From contig OZ024760.1 in NCBI GenBank assembly GCA_964016885.1, forward strand, positions 5,394,001 to 5,458,000: 64,000 nt of DNA, given 5' to 3'. Numbering within the stretch: the first letter of the stretch is position 1; each line of letters opens with the position of its first letter. The notes below the pieces were generated by a model that was given only the letters and a program-made list of their open reading frames with translations, was not told the origin of the DNA and did no database searches. Of the stretch, positions 51,036-64,000 are shown piece after piece. The stretch is from Eledone cirrhosa. Its lineage: Eukaryota. The translations under genes and the position numbers were made by a program.

Positions 51036-51660
51036 CCCTTTATCGGGGCCTACTCTGAACATGCACCTGTAGGCTATGGGTTGATTTGATAAGGGGAGGG
51101 GAGCCCTTCTCAGGTGCTCTCGACGTTGGGTGGTTCAGGATTGGTGGGGTACCTGAGTCGCCCCTGGGTGGTTACCCACCCTATTGGGGAATTTCATTGT
51201 TGTATTTTTCTTATTTATATTTTTTACACGTTATATGTGTAACCCCCACTGTCCCTGTCTATAGTATTGCCCCATATATGTAGGCCCTTGTGGCTAATAA
51301 AGAAAAATATTATTATTATTATTATCGAAATTGTGGGTCGTAAAAAGAATCAAAGGAGTGTAAAAGAGGGATCAAAAGATTAATTATTACTGATTAAAAG
51401 ATTAAAGGATAGCTACCCTCACACACATATACGTACACAGAGAAACATACAAACACTCACACAAACACAAACAAACACCCACCCACGGCCAAATGTGCAC
51501 CTAAATACGAGTTAATGTGCATCCTCTGTTAAAATACTGTCGGTGGGTCGAAAGTGGGTGTGGTTGGTTTTGTCATATTTGGTGTAATGTCTCAGTAGCG
51601 GAGAGGTGGTCATACTCGATGGCAGATCGAATGTAATATCACACACAATAAAGTTATATC

Positions 51661-52160
<500 letters not shown>

Positions 52161-52214
52161 TAAAAAAATAATGAATAAAACAATGAAACAGTTCCTTATA
52201 TTAACAAAAAAGTT

Positions 52215-52363
52215 CATTATTTAACGATCGTTTCTGGGATATATATGTGTTAGAATTGGCATGTATATTTAACAGATCTATGTACAAAATTATACAAAAT
52301 TATACAAACTATCAAATTAAATATACATACCAACTCATATATATGCCGTCTTCAGAAATAATG
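52215..52363 (-). ncRNA. Type I hammerhead ribozyme with very long (114-nt) stem II
   Basis: CATTATTT-CTGAAGA-[long imperfect hairpin]-GAAA-CGATCG-TT-AAATAATG; perfect 8-bp stem I and palindromic stem III. Confidence 0.8.
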
Positions 52364-52377
52364 TATATATAATAATG

Positions 52378-52457
<80 letters not shown>

Positions 52458-52632
52458 TTATATGAATATATATATACAAATGAGTGTGTGTGCGTTATAT
52501 TTTTTTCAATATCTTTATTTATTTCACGTTGCCCCTTCTACCTGGAGTTGCGACCGATAGATAGTATTAGCAATTGGAAAGACCGACGGAAACATTGTTC
52601 CCTCGGTCCGATTTGACGAAAGTCGATCGTTC

Positions 52633-52727
<95 letters not shown>

Positions 52728-52897
52728 AGGTGTGGTGTCAAGTTTAAAGGGTCCCCTGGCCGTAGACTAAGATCACAAATATATTAGTGCCTTCTGACAG
52801 TCTTTCTCCCTCCTTCTTTGGTACGGAGCAGTATAGAGATGTACGTGACCTGGGAATGTCCGGAGCACGTCCCCCCCTCCTTCTTCCCCGTCGCCAG

Positions 52898-52934
<37 letters not shown>

Positions 52935-53260
52935 GTACACACACACACATATATATGCAGAAACGCACCTTGTGTCTGTCTCTCTCACACACATAGATTT
53001 GACAATTGTCATTTACCAAGAGTTGTTTACCATACATGCATATATATACACGGTCGTACACACATACATCATACATACATATATTCATATATACATACAC
53101 ACTCGTACATACATATGCACATATGTGCACGTAAAAAAATATGTGCAAATGTATACATTTATGTATGCATGGATATACATTAAACCATGCATGTATTTAC
53201 GTGTCTATGTATAAATGCATGTATATAGATTACTACGCACGTATATATATATATATATAT

Positions 53261-53303
<43 letters not shown>

Positions 53304-53340
53304 TATATATATATATACACACACACATATATATATATAT

Positions 53341-53371
<31 letters not shown>

Positions 53372-53686
53372 CACACACATATATATATATATACACACAC
53401 ACATATACGTATTTATATGCATGTATATTATATCTGTAAATCATCGCGAAGCTCCACCATGGCCGCAGCCTATGAGCTGGGACAGGTAAGAAGGGCAAAA
53501 GCGTAGATGATGTATATCATCCTAGTATATATATATATATATTTATATATACGTGTGCATACGATAAAATTAGACACTTACTTGGTGTGAGCAAATAATA
53601 TTCCCGTTGCAGGTCACAATGTATATGGAGAAGTAGCAATCATGTTTCTGGTCTGTCTGTGTCTCTCTTTCTCTCTCTCTCTCTAT

Positions 53687-53718
<32 letters not shown>

Positions 53719-53858
53719 GTGTGTGTATGTGTTAGAGTGTGGTTACTACTTTCAATATAGTAGCATCGTTCTGTGAAAGACAGAGATTAGAAGAGTAAGT
53801 GGGAGAGACAAAGCGATACATACGTGCGTGTGTATGTGTATGTATGTGTATGTATGTG

Positions 53859-53889
<31 letters not shown>

Positions 53890-54058
53890 TGAGAGAGAGG
53901 GGGGGGGGGATTGAAGAGAGAGAACGAGAGAAAAGAAGCGAGAGAGAGAGAGAGTAAACAGACAAATAGTTGGACGTGATTTTAGTCAAGCAGGAGTTTT
54001 CCCCCCTGTAATTATATAGAAATGAACTATATATATCAACATTGTATATACATATACT

Positions 54059-54093
<35 letters not shown>

Positions 54094-54094
54094 G

Positions 54095-54145
<51 letters not shown>

Positions 54146-54277
54146 TTATATATTTATTTATCTTTATATTTATATATGTGTGTGATGTATAAATATATAC
54201 AATACTCATACACATCAATCTCTCTCTCTCTCTATATATATACACATATATAGCTACCACTATACACAACTTTATAT

Positions 54278-54324
<47 letters not shown>

Positions 54325-54353
54325 TATATTCATATATATATACACATATATAT

Positions 54354-54416
<63 letters not shown>

Positions 54417-54420
54417 TATA

Positions 54421-54517
54421 TAACGAAGGAAATGTGGTAAGGAACCAGCCGTTTCGCGTCCAGAATTAGCCGTCGAAACGGCTTGAGCTCAGCCGTCGGG
54501 GTCTTACTTGTTCCTAT
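54421..54517. mobile_element. Penelope-like pLTR remnant (family E), rearranged
   Basis: TTAGCCGTC-GAAA-CGGCT-TGAGCTC-AGCCG-TC-GGGGTC next to inverted tail end, within (TA)n. Confidence 0.6.
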
Positions 54518-54915
54518 ACATATATATATATATACATATAAACATACATACATACATACAAATATATATATGTGTGTATGTATGTATATATATTAGAAAT
54601 ATCCTTTAAGTGACAGCATCACGTATAAAAGGTCACTGACGTGCACAAAAAATATCAACAAAAGCAGCAACAACTTCAGCAGCAGCAGCAGCAGTTTCCA
54701 GAAAATGTTTTACGGGGATATTCCTTTCCATATCCAATACTTTATCAAACCTCTGCTCTGATGGTATCGCCAGAAACTGGTTCTAGATTAATTATTTTCA
54801 AAAAGTGAGAGTCCCCACCACCCCTCACAGCTATAAATGGAATGCCTTGTATTTATTTATTTTTTAAATCATCGCTTGTAAACATGATCGTCCATCTCCA
54901 CAAACACACACACAC

Positions 54916-54960
<45 letters not shown>

Positions 54961-56036
54961 TATATATATATATAGAGAGAGAGAGAGAGCGAGCGAGAGA
55001 GACGTGTGTGTGCGTGTATGTATATATGTATATATATATATATATGTGTGTGTGCGTGTATGTATATGTATATATATATATATTTATGAGTGTGTGTATT
55101 TGTGTATGGAAGAGAAAACTGAAACCACACACACACACACTCACATATTACACAAACACACAGAATATACTTCTTCGAACAATAAAATAATCAATTATTT
55201 AACATGATGTTTAGGTTATAATTGAAAATGATAATTTTAGATGTGAGTGAAAAACTCGAAATACAACGTGTGATATTGATACACACGCGCGCACACAACC
55301 TCACACTCACATATGTGTATGTATGTATGTGTGTGTGTATGTGTGTATGTATGTATGTATGTATGTATGTATGTATGTTTGTATTTATATATTTACATTA
55401 AAAAAATAACCTTTATCGTCTTTTGTTGTTTTGATTGCGCCGCTTTTTTGTGGATGGAAAATGCCGTATATAATCCGGTGTGTATAACTGAAATAAACGA
55501 CGGATGTATATAAAGTTGATGATTGAAGGTGTGTGTGAGTAAAGAATGCAGGTAAGCCGAACTGAGGTGTGTATATATATGTATGTGTATATTTAGTTGC
55601 TAAAGTGTACCTTCTTGGCAACTAATATGACGTCACAGAAGTCGGTGCTTGTTGTGTGAACGTCAGCAGAGATGACAACAACAATAAGAACAACAACCGC
55701 AGCACTAATAATAGAGGTAGTGGTAGTGGTAGTGGTTGTGATATTGTAGTTACCCCCCACCACATCCTCCTACTACTACTTCGATACAATGATTGTGGTA
55801 ACAGAGGGAGTGTTGTCCCATCATCACCACACTGCACCTATGTAGTAGTAGTAGTAGTAGTGGTGGTGGTGGTGGTGGTGGTGGTGCTAGTTGTAGTTGT
55901 ATTGTTTATGGCAGTGGTGGTGGTGGTGGTTATGCCGAATGTGTATCATAGTATCAGCAGTGATAATGACAGGAGAGGAACGGAGGAATGGTGAAACTAG
56001 AGAATCGATGTGGGATGAGATCACGAGAGATAGAGT

Positions 56037-56069
<33 letters not shown>

Positions 56070-56654
56070 AAGAGGGGATAGAAAGCGAAGGGAGAAACAG
56101 AGAGAGCGAGAGAAACAGACATTCGCAAGAGAGAAAGAGAAGACAGACACACAGAGGAGATAAACAGATAGAAAGCTAAGGAGAGAGCGAGAGATAGGGA
56201 TAGAGAGAGAGTCAGAGAGTAAGAGAGAGTGTGTAAGGAGAGAGAGAGAAAGAGAGAGAGAGAGAGTAAGAGAGATAGAGAGAAAGTGAAAGAGGGAGAG
56301 AGAAGCAGAATAACAGATAGAAACCGAAGGAGAAAAGAGAAAGACTGACAAAGAGAGGAAGAGAGAAGAGGGAGCAAACACAAAATCACGATAGAGGAAC
56401 GACGGGTTAATGGAATTTTGGAATAACAGGATCGGAATATATCTAGGAATGAAAGAAACACTGAATAGGTGTAAACATGTTGTAAGGAGATAAGAATATA
56501 AGACGGGAAGAATGATAGAATATTGTAATCGATTGACACAGGAATACGGATCGATCACACTGAGAATAGAGAAGAATCGATATAATAGAAATCACGTGTT
56601 TGGGTGGAAAGTTGAAATCACACGTGAAAAAGACACACCAGAGAGAAATCAATA

Positions 56655-56855
56655 GCGTGGTGTTGGTAGTAGTTGAAGTAGTAGTAGTAGTTGTAGTAGT
56701 GGAAGTAGTAGTAGTGGTAATAGTAGTAGTTGTTGTAGTAGTAGTTGTAGTAGTAAGTGTAGTAGTAGTAGTTGTTGTAGTAGTAGTTGTAGTGGTGATG
56801 TGTTGGTGGTAGTAGTAGTTGTAGTAGTGGTGGTTGTTGTAGTGGTGTGTTGGTG

Positions 56856-56891
<36 letters not shown>

Positions 56892-56972
56892 GATCTAGTA
56901 CTAGTTGTTGTAGTAGTGAGGTGCTGGTGGTGGTGGTTGTAAGGTGTTGGACGTGGTTGTGGTGGTGGTAGT
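56655..56972. repeat. (GTA)n/(GTG)n microsatellite
   Basis: Direct reading. Confidence 0.9.
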
Positions 56973-58376
56973 TACGAGAGAAGAAGTAGAGAAATCAACG
57001 AGGATTTAACATTGATAAGAGTGAGAGAGAGAGAGAGAGAGAGAGAGGGGGGAAAATAATTAAAAAGAGAGTGGTTGGAGAGAAAGAGAGAAAGAGATAG
57101 GAAAAGATGAGAGAGAAATGGGGTGAAAGATGAGAAGTGAGAGAGAGAGTTGCTGAATAGTAAACAGACATGGGCTGACGTGAATAACAGAACAATAGAA
57201 CAACAGAACAGCAGAATATAACGAATAAAAAACAACAGAACAGGAATAAGCGAATGTAAGACAGTTCAATAAACGAACAAAATCACAAGAGGCAGAAGTG
57301 ATTAACAGAATAATAGAATAGCTGATTATAATGGAAAATACAGAATAGAAATAACGGAATGTAAGACAGTTGAATAAGCAGTTTCTCACAGTAGTTTCGC
57401 CAAATCTCGAGTTTGGACGAGATTTAGAGAGAAAGCGAGTGAGAGACACTATCCAAAAGGACAACATAGTGCGTGAGAGGGTTTGGTGGTTATTTTTTTT
57501 AATTATTATTATTTATCCCTTGTTCCTGGCCAGGAAATATATATTTATATATACATGATGCTGGGCATCAATTCTACGTAAAACATTCACTTCCTTTCTT
57601 TCTCTATTGATCTCTCTCTATGTAATATATATATATATACATATATATATATTGGTTATCAAACTACACTGTATTCCTGTTATACACGCACTTTATTCCT
57701 GTATATATATATACATATATATATATAAACATATATGTATATATATACATATATATAAACACACACATATATATATATATACACCCACACACCCACACCC
57801 ACTTTATTCTTGTATACATATATATATATATATATATACACATTTTATTCCTGTATATAAATACATACACACACACACACACACATATATATAATTACAG
57901 CACATCATATCACATAATACCTGTATATTTTACTAAAAAGTGTTCAATTTAAGGCACACATGCACCCTAATATTGGGTCGGAAATTACTCTTAATTCGTT
58001 CAAGAACAAATTCATTAACTGATTGATACACTGCCCCCCACAAAATTTCAAAGATGAGTTCCACATTGGTAAGGAATGCTATTGAGACCAACTTCGATGA
58101 AAAAGGTTTGTCTATATTTCTTTTCATATATATATATTGCTTCGTTAATGCTGTACTAAAATTTGTATTTCTTTTCATATATATATATATATATATATAT
58201 GATTTTTACTCATTGTACATGTATTCTGTCATATTCAAAACATGTTTACTACCGATTGCCTATTATGTATATATATAATATACAAATAAATAATCGAGAA
58301 TCGGGAATCTCTACCCACGAAATCACGAAACACAATCTTCGAAATGTATGGCAAAGTGCTCAATAGTTTGGATAAA

Positions 58377-58415
<39 letters not shown>

Positions 58416-58607
58416 GTACGTTGGTGTGTATATATATATATATACCTGATTGTACGTTTATATATATATAATGTAGATATGATTTCATACAAATTAAACA
58501 GTTAAGTGATTTCTATATCATAAAATAAAATAAATATGCTTATATTTTTAACGTATTGAGTACCTTTTGTAAACTGGTCACATCTTAATACACATCGGGA
58601 ATCCACC

Positions 58608-58687
<80 letters not shown>

Positions 58688-58804
58688 TACGTGTATGTTT
58701 AAACGATGTATAAAAGTATATATCTATTACCTATTGAGAAACTACTAGTGTTTTGTATATATACACAGAATGATTAATTTCTAAGTAGATTTATTTCAAG
58801 ATGG

Positions 58805-58843
<39 letters not shown>

Positions 58844-58989
58844 CGTTTGTGTTTTTTTATTATTATTATTTTTGGCAATATTATAACAATATGACCCTCC
58901 CCAAATATAACAATATTTGTTTCAACACACGATTTCATATAAAAAAAACCTTGCAAAACAAATTCATCGCCATATATATATATATATAT

Positions 58990-59182
58990 ATAGAAATTAC
59001 TTCTACAGGACTAGAACTGTTTCATTCGTATGAAATCATTAGGAATATGATTGTCATACGAATGAAACAGTTCTAGTCCTGTAGAAGTAATTTCTATATC
59101 TAATAAAGATCCCTGTACTCTACAAACGTATTGAGTACCTTTTATGTGTTTACCCTCGACACAAATTGGGGACCTACATATT
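58990..59182 (+). mobile_element. Penelope-like pLTR remnant (family D): ~44-bp-arm palindrome with degenerate hammerhead (minus, 58998-59048) plus tail
   Basis: Minus ATATTC-CTAATGA-TTTCATACGAAT-GAAA-CAG-TTCTAGTC-CTG-TA-GAAGTA; tail GTACTCTACAAACGTATTGAGTAC. Confidence 0.65.
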
Positions 59183-59487
59183 ATGTGTGTGTGTGTATAT
59201 ATATATCTGTGTGTATCTAAGTATAAATGTATGATTAGACCCACAGAAAGACGTCTACATCACACCCGTCATCCTTTGATGTGGTTGATGTTAATATTTA
59301 TGTCTGTTGTGAGTTCAAATCTCGCGTGGGTCGACTTTATTTTTCATTTCTGTAGTGATATTGACAATATATAATGCATTTGTGTGACCAATGATGGTTG
59401 GAAAATCACTGACGAAGGACTATTTTTATCATATGTAACCCATGTGCAAACCACGCAGTATTCTTCTTTCTTCTCATGTTTTATATA

Positions 59488-59538
<51 letters not shown>

Positions 59539-59592
59539 GTGTTGATTTAAAACTTCACTGCTCACAAGTGTTTTTTAAGCTTCATGTTTCCC

Positions 59593-59663
59593 TATTTTAT
59601 CTGATGAGAACGCAAATATCATCCCATGATGATACCTGTTTTTGAAATGCGCATAATAAAATA
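59593..59663 (+). ncRNA. Type I minimal hammerhead ribozyme (family A; element 59538-59700)
   Basis: TATTTTAT-CTGATGA(59601)-stem II-GAAA(59644)-TGCGCA-TA-ATAAAATA. Confidence 0.85.
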
Positions 59664-59693
59664 CTTGGAACTCTTTTAACCATCTTTTGATCT

Positions 59694-59749
<56 letters not shown>

Positions 59750-59753
<4 letters not shown>

Positions 59754-59914
59754 TCATTTTATTAAGGATTAGTACTTAGTTTCGTTACTTTGGAGTTCCG
59801 GAGTTTCGAAACTCCAGTGTAACAAGACTCACTATTTAGCCTTAATTAAATGAATATTTAAACTCTACTTCGGTATTGAGTACTCTTTTCTCTCAGCCGT
59901 CAACTTCATACAGA

Positions 59915-59920
<6 letters not shown>
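59750..59920 (+). mobile_element. Penelope-like pLTR remnant (family F): imperfect palindrome plus tail
   Basis: ATTCATTT..AAGG..GTTAC..GGAGTT / AACTCC..GTAAC..CCTT..AAATGAAT; minus arm carries GAAA-CTAAG-TA; tail ACTCTACTTCGGTATTGAGTAC; (TA)n on both sides. Confidence 0.55.
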
Positions 59921-59988
<68 letters not shown>

Positions 59989-60121
59989 ATTTTATCAAAT
60001 ACTAAGTATTTATGTATGTATGTGTATGTATTGCACGAAAAACTCGATTACGAGGGGTCAGCCATCATATATATGTATATATGATTTTACCAATTACTAT
60101 ATATTTGTGTGTATACATATA

Positions 60122-60570
60122 TAATTGTTTCTACTTTTGGCACAAGGCCAGCAATTACCCAGTGTATTACTGGTACTTTATTTTATCGACCCCCGTAAGG
60201 ATGAAAGGCAAAGTTAACCTCGGCGGGATTTGAACTCAAAATGGCAAGGGCCGTAACTCTATGCGTCAAAGCATGGCGTCCGACCCTCTACCGATACTGC
60301 CGATCCAAATGATATATAAGTATATATGTATGTATATGTACCCTCTAAGCCGTGTCACCTTGTTCGATATCTTTATTATTATTCGCTAGGTCGTCGGACA
60401 ACATGCTTAGTGACATTTAGTTACGTCCCTTTACGTTCTGAGTTCAATACCCATCGTGGGTATCCTTACGGGGTCAATAAAATAAAGTACCAGTAATACA
60501 CTTGGGTCGATTTAATCGACTTTCCCTTCCGCATTAAATTGATGGCCTTGTTTCTAAATCAGAAATATTA
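60122..60570. mobile_element. Two divergent Deu/Nin-like SINE copies (60122-60308 minus, 60385-60570 plus)
   Basis: Same A box/B box/core as 11654 and 17800. Confidence 0.8.
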
Positions 60571-61151
60571 TTATCAAAAATTCCGGTTTGTATTTACCAT
60601 TTACCATCAAGGTTCCTGGAATAAAAAACAGGGGGAGGTAATCGAGGAAGTGCTTTAGACTGGGTATTTGTTTTGCATTGCATTAGAAATTAAAAAAAAA
60701 CTTCTCATTAATCGGGTTTTATATGTAATTAATAACTAGGAAACATTAACTACTAGTATAACAACATTGTTTATAAACAATTTGTTTTATAAAAAGGGTT
60801 TATTTGATTTAAAGTATCGTTTCATAAATTTCGTGTTTATTATTTTTACTGTCCAATGAATGTTTTTTTAAAATTATTTTTTGCACAAGGTCAGCAATTT
60901 GGGGTTGGTTGGTTGGTAGGGTGGAGTCGATCGATTATATTAACCCCAGAACTTGACTGGTACTTTATTTTATCAACCCCCTCCCTCTCCGTATAAAAGA
61001 AAGAGCTGCAACGCCAGATAGAAATCACACAGCACCATCACCATCGTCCCACCACTGCAAGGCGAATATCAAATGTGTCTCTCACATCCATGTGCCGTCA
61101 TTCTCATTTATTTTAACGCCAATAATAAACATATTGATCTTATCTCTTCAT

Positions 61152-61430
61152 TTGAGGACGTGGTAAGAGCGTTAGACTTACGATCAAAATGTCGTAGGTT
61201 CGATTCCTGGACTGTCATGTTCTTCAGCAAAACACTTCATCTCATATTGCTCCAGTATTCTCAGTTAAAAAAAAAAAAAGTACCGGCAATAGTTGTGGTG
61301 GTGGTGAGTATAACCCTGCAATGGACTGGAGTCCTGTCCATGGTGGGGCGTTTTGTACTCTCAGTCGCTTCACACCACGGAAACGGGGTTAAACACCAGC
61401 CTGGTGAACCTCCGGGCTCGAGACTTACTT
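61152..61430 (+). mobile_element. Diverged tRNA-derived CORE-like SINE
   Basis: GTGGTAAGAGCG, GGTTCGATTCC, TTCAGCAAAACACTTCATCTCA, AACCCTGCAATGGACTGG. Confidence 0.65.
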
Positions 61431-62374
61431 TAGACCTTTCCATTTCGCTCTCCGTCTTCCTCGACTACGTGAACCTATCCAACCATCATCTTTCATACAT
61501 TTCTGAAATATGTTTGTGTTTACATCAAAATTGATCCTAGTATTAAGTTTCTAGAGAAGCAAATAGAGGAAGTTATACACAATTTGCTATTGTGGGGAAC
61601 CAACTCATGGGAGACGCAGTAGAGGAAGACCAGCTGGAATCTTCATCGCTCAACTCCCAGACGATACAAACCTTAGTAGGGAGGGAGCAATGGAAAATCG
61701 TGATTTGTGGAGTGACTGTCAGGAATGTTCGACTATAGTCGCAATGATGATTATTAAGTTTTGTGTAATGCATACCACATATTAAATTCATTTAAGTGAT
61801 TTTGTTCACGCCACCAAATTCCGTCTAGGAGACCTTAGTATAAGGGTTTGTGTGTTTTTCTTTGTTTACACGCTATGTATAATTCTTTTTTAGCTAGTAA
61901 ACTACTGGTGGTTCCATATTATCAACTGCACACCTTCTCTATCTGAATATATGTGGCTTATATTTGTTAGAAATCACCATTATTATTGTCGAAACGAAAC
62001 GTTGTGTGGTGCACAAGATAAGGACTTGAAGTCAGACACATTCCTTTTTGGTCAAACTCTCATCGACTCTTTTCAAGCTTTTATTTGGAAAGTATGGCAG
62101 TGGAGAGGGGGGGGGGGGTGCTCACCTCCAGTAAATTTACCAAAAGGTGGGTGAAAATAGCGAAAATGGCAAGAATGAGTTTATTTCTGCCAGCTTATGT
62201 CCGTAGGTTAGACAATGACAGTTATTGAGAGAGAACTCTTGCCATTGATGATCGGAGTGATTGTAGGTCTGTGTGTGGGATTATTCAATTTAGCTTTAGG
62301 TATTCAGCTCTCTGTAGCAGGAGTAGTTATGGTTTTCGTAATTTTTTTGTCGGAAATCGTTCCTCCAAAGGGGC

Positions 62375-62685
62375 AGCGTTTCTCGATAGAGTGCATAGCT
62401 CGGAGATCAGAGAGCCACTACTTCTCTCAATTACGGACATGTGGTTAGAATGTCTCAGGAAATAATCGCTGGACAGATTTTTACGATCAAAACCAATTAG
62501 CAAGAGACTCAGGAGTAGACTCTGGGCAAGATGGTTAGATAACATCCTTGAGCTTGGCTGGTCTCGTTTGGGGATCTGGCCGGATCAGTTGGAGACGGTT
62601 GTTTCTGATAGGACTCACTGGAAGGAGTGTTTGAGGACTTCCTCCACGACCCTCCCATGAATAAGTGGACGAAAAAAAAAAAAGG
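62375..62685 (+). mobile_element. RTE-type 3' fragment (single-copy form of the 65-bp satellite source)
   Basis: GGACATGTGGTTAGAATGTCTCAGGAAATAATCGCTGGACAGATTTT..AAACCAA..AGATGGTTAGATAACATCC. Confidence 0.75.
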
Positions 62686-63220
62686 AAATCGTATAAGGAT
62701 TTGGTGATAAAATAAATATGTATATCACATTATTCAATGTATATAATTCGTTCGAAGGTTGCCACTCATCAAACGGTTAAATAGTTAACGTCGTGATGAG
62801 AATGTTGGACGGAATATACTTGATTATAAATGAAAAGGCCGTCTACTTTAGTTAGGACTAATTTGGGAACATGTCCATCGTGTCAATAGGATGTAATAAA
62901 ACATAGCCATCAACTAAAACTATCTCGGCATGCCTCTCTCTCTCTCTCTCTCTCTCTCACATACACACGTCTGTCTCTCTTTCACATATATATACACACA
63001 CATGTATGTCTCTCCTTTCACACATATTTATCTATATACACAAACACACACATATATACACACACATCCATGTCTTTCTCTTTCACACATACATGTTGAT
63101 CTCTCTCTCTCTCACATCTATTTATACACAAACACGCACATTTATGTATACACACACCTCACTATATATTATCTATTTATACACACATACATATATGTAT
63201 CTCTCCTTCTCCCTTCCCCC

Positions 63221-63255
<35 letters not shown>

Positions 63256-63359
63256 CATATATACATAATCTAATATGTATATACACATACACACACACAG
63301 TATATATATATATGCACGCGCACACATCTTGCCAGGTGTTACTACTTTATCTGCCTCCT

Positions 63360-63656
63360 CTTCCACACCCCTTACCACCACCATCACTACTGCTACACCA
63401 CCACCTTCGCCATCACACTACCACTACTACACTACTACTACTACTTTTACTAACACTACTTCACCCTCACTCCTACACAACCACCTTCACTACCACACTA
63501 TATCACTACTGCTACATCACCACACCACCACCACTACTATTACTACACTACCACTACACCACCACCACACCACTTCCTTACCACCACCACACCACTACCA
63601 CACCACCACCACTACCACTATATTTCCACTACATCACCACCACTACCACCACCAAC
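63360..63656. repeat. (CAC/TAC)n low-complexity repeat
   Basis: Direct reading. Confidence 0.85.
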
Positions 63657-64000
63657 CAGCTGTCTCTAAAATCCTGGTCTCGAAAGTTCACTGCACCCCA
63701 CCTCCATGTTTCCGCCTCCCCACCTTGTTTTATACAGTAAACACATCTCCCCATCCCCTCACCCCACCCCCTATCACCAAGATATTTACTGAAAGATCAA
63801 TCAGTTCATTTACACGTACATATTGGAAGTCGCTTAATGTGATCGATTTGATACAGACCCTTTTCGATAACAATACCCGGCTGATAGCATTAAGCGGAGG
63901 ATGTACCAATATAATCCAGGCTTGCCGTTTATAACAGATGTGATAAGCTGCTTCCGCCTCCCCTCTCTCTATTTACACACGCATACATGTTCAGGGTGGC

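Overview
AT-rich, repeat-dominated eukaryotic (animal) genomic DNA. The SINE/LINE families and microsatellite load look like an octopod cephalopod, but this is inference. Almost all ORFs in the supplied track are artefacts of (TA)n/(CA)n/(GA)n/(ACC)n/(GTA)n repeats or satellites. Supportable content: one probable first coding exon on the minus strand (912-1059), decayed RTE, CR1-group and Helitron fragments, two tRNA-derived SINE families, several MITEs, and four large tandem arrays (65, 74, 48 and 48/96 bp), three of them visibly amplified from pieces of LINE/SINE. The most notable signal is a set of short elements embedded in (TA)n/(TG)n microsatellites. They carry type I hammerhead ribozyme motifs (8 intact cores, several degenerate, at least 5-6 sequence families). 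Most have an inverted 5' copy plus a 3' tail, as Penelope-like retroelement pseudo-LTR remnants do. The tails of otherwise unrelated families share a bulged hairpin (RCTC-NNN-loop-NNN-TN-GAGY) with compensatory base changes. All structures were folded by eye; no searches or folding programs were run.
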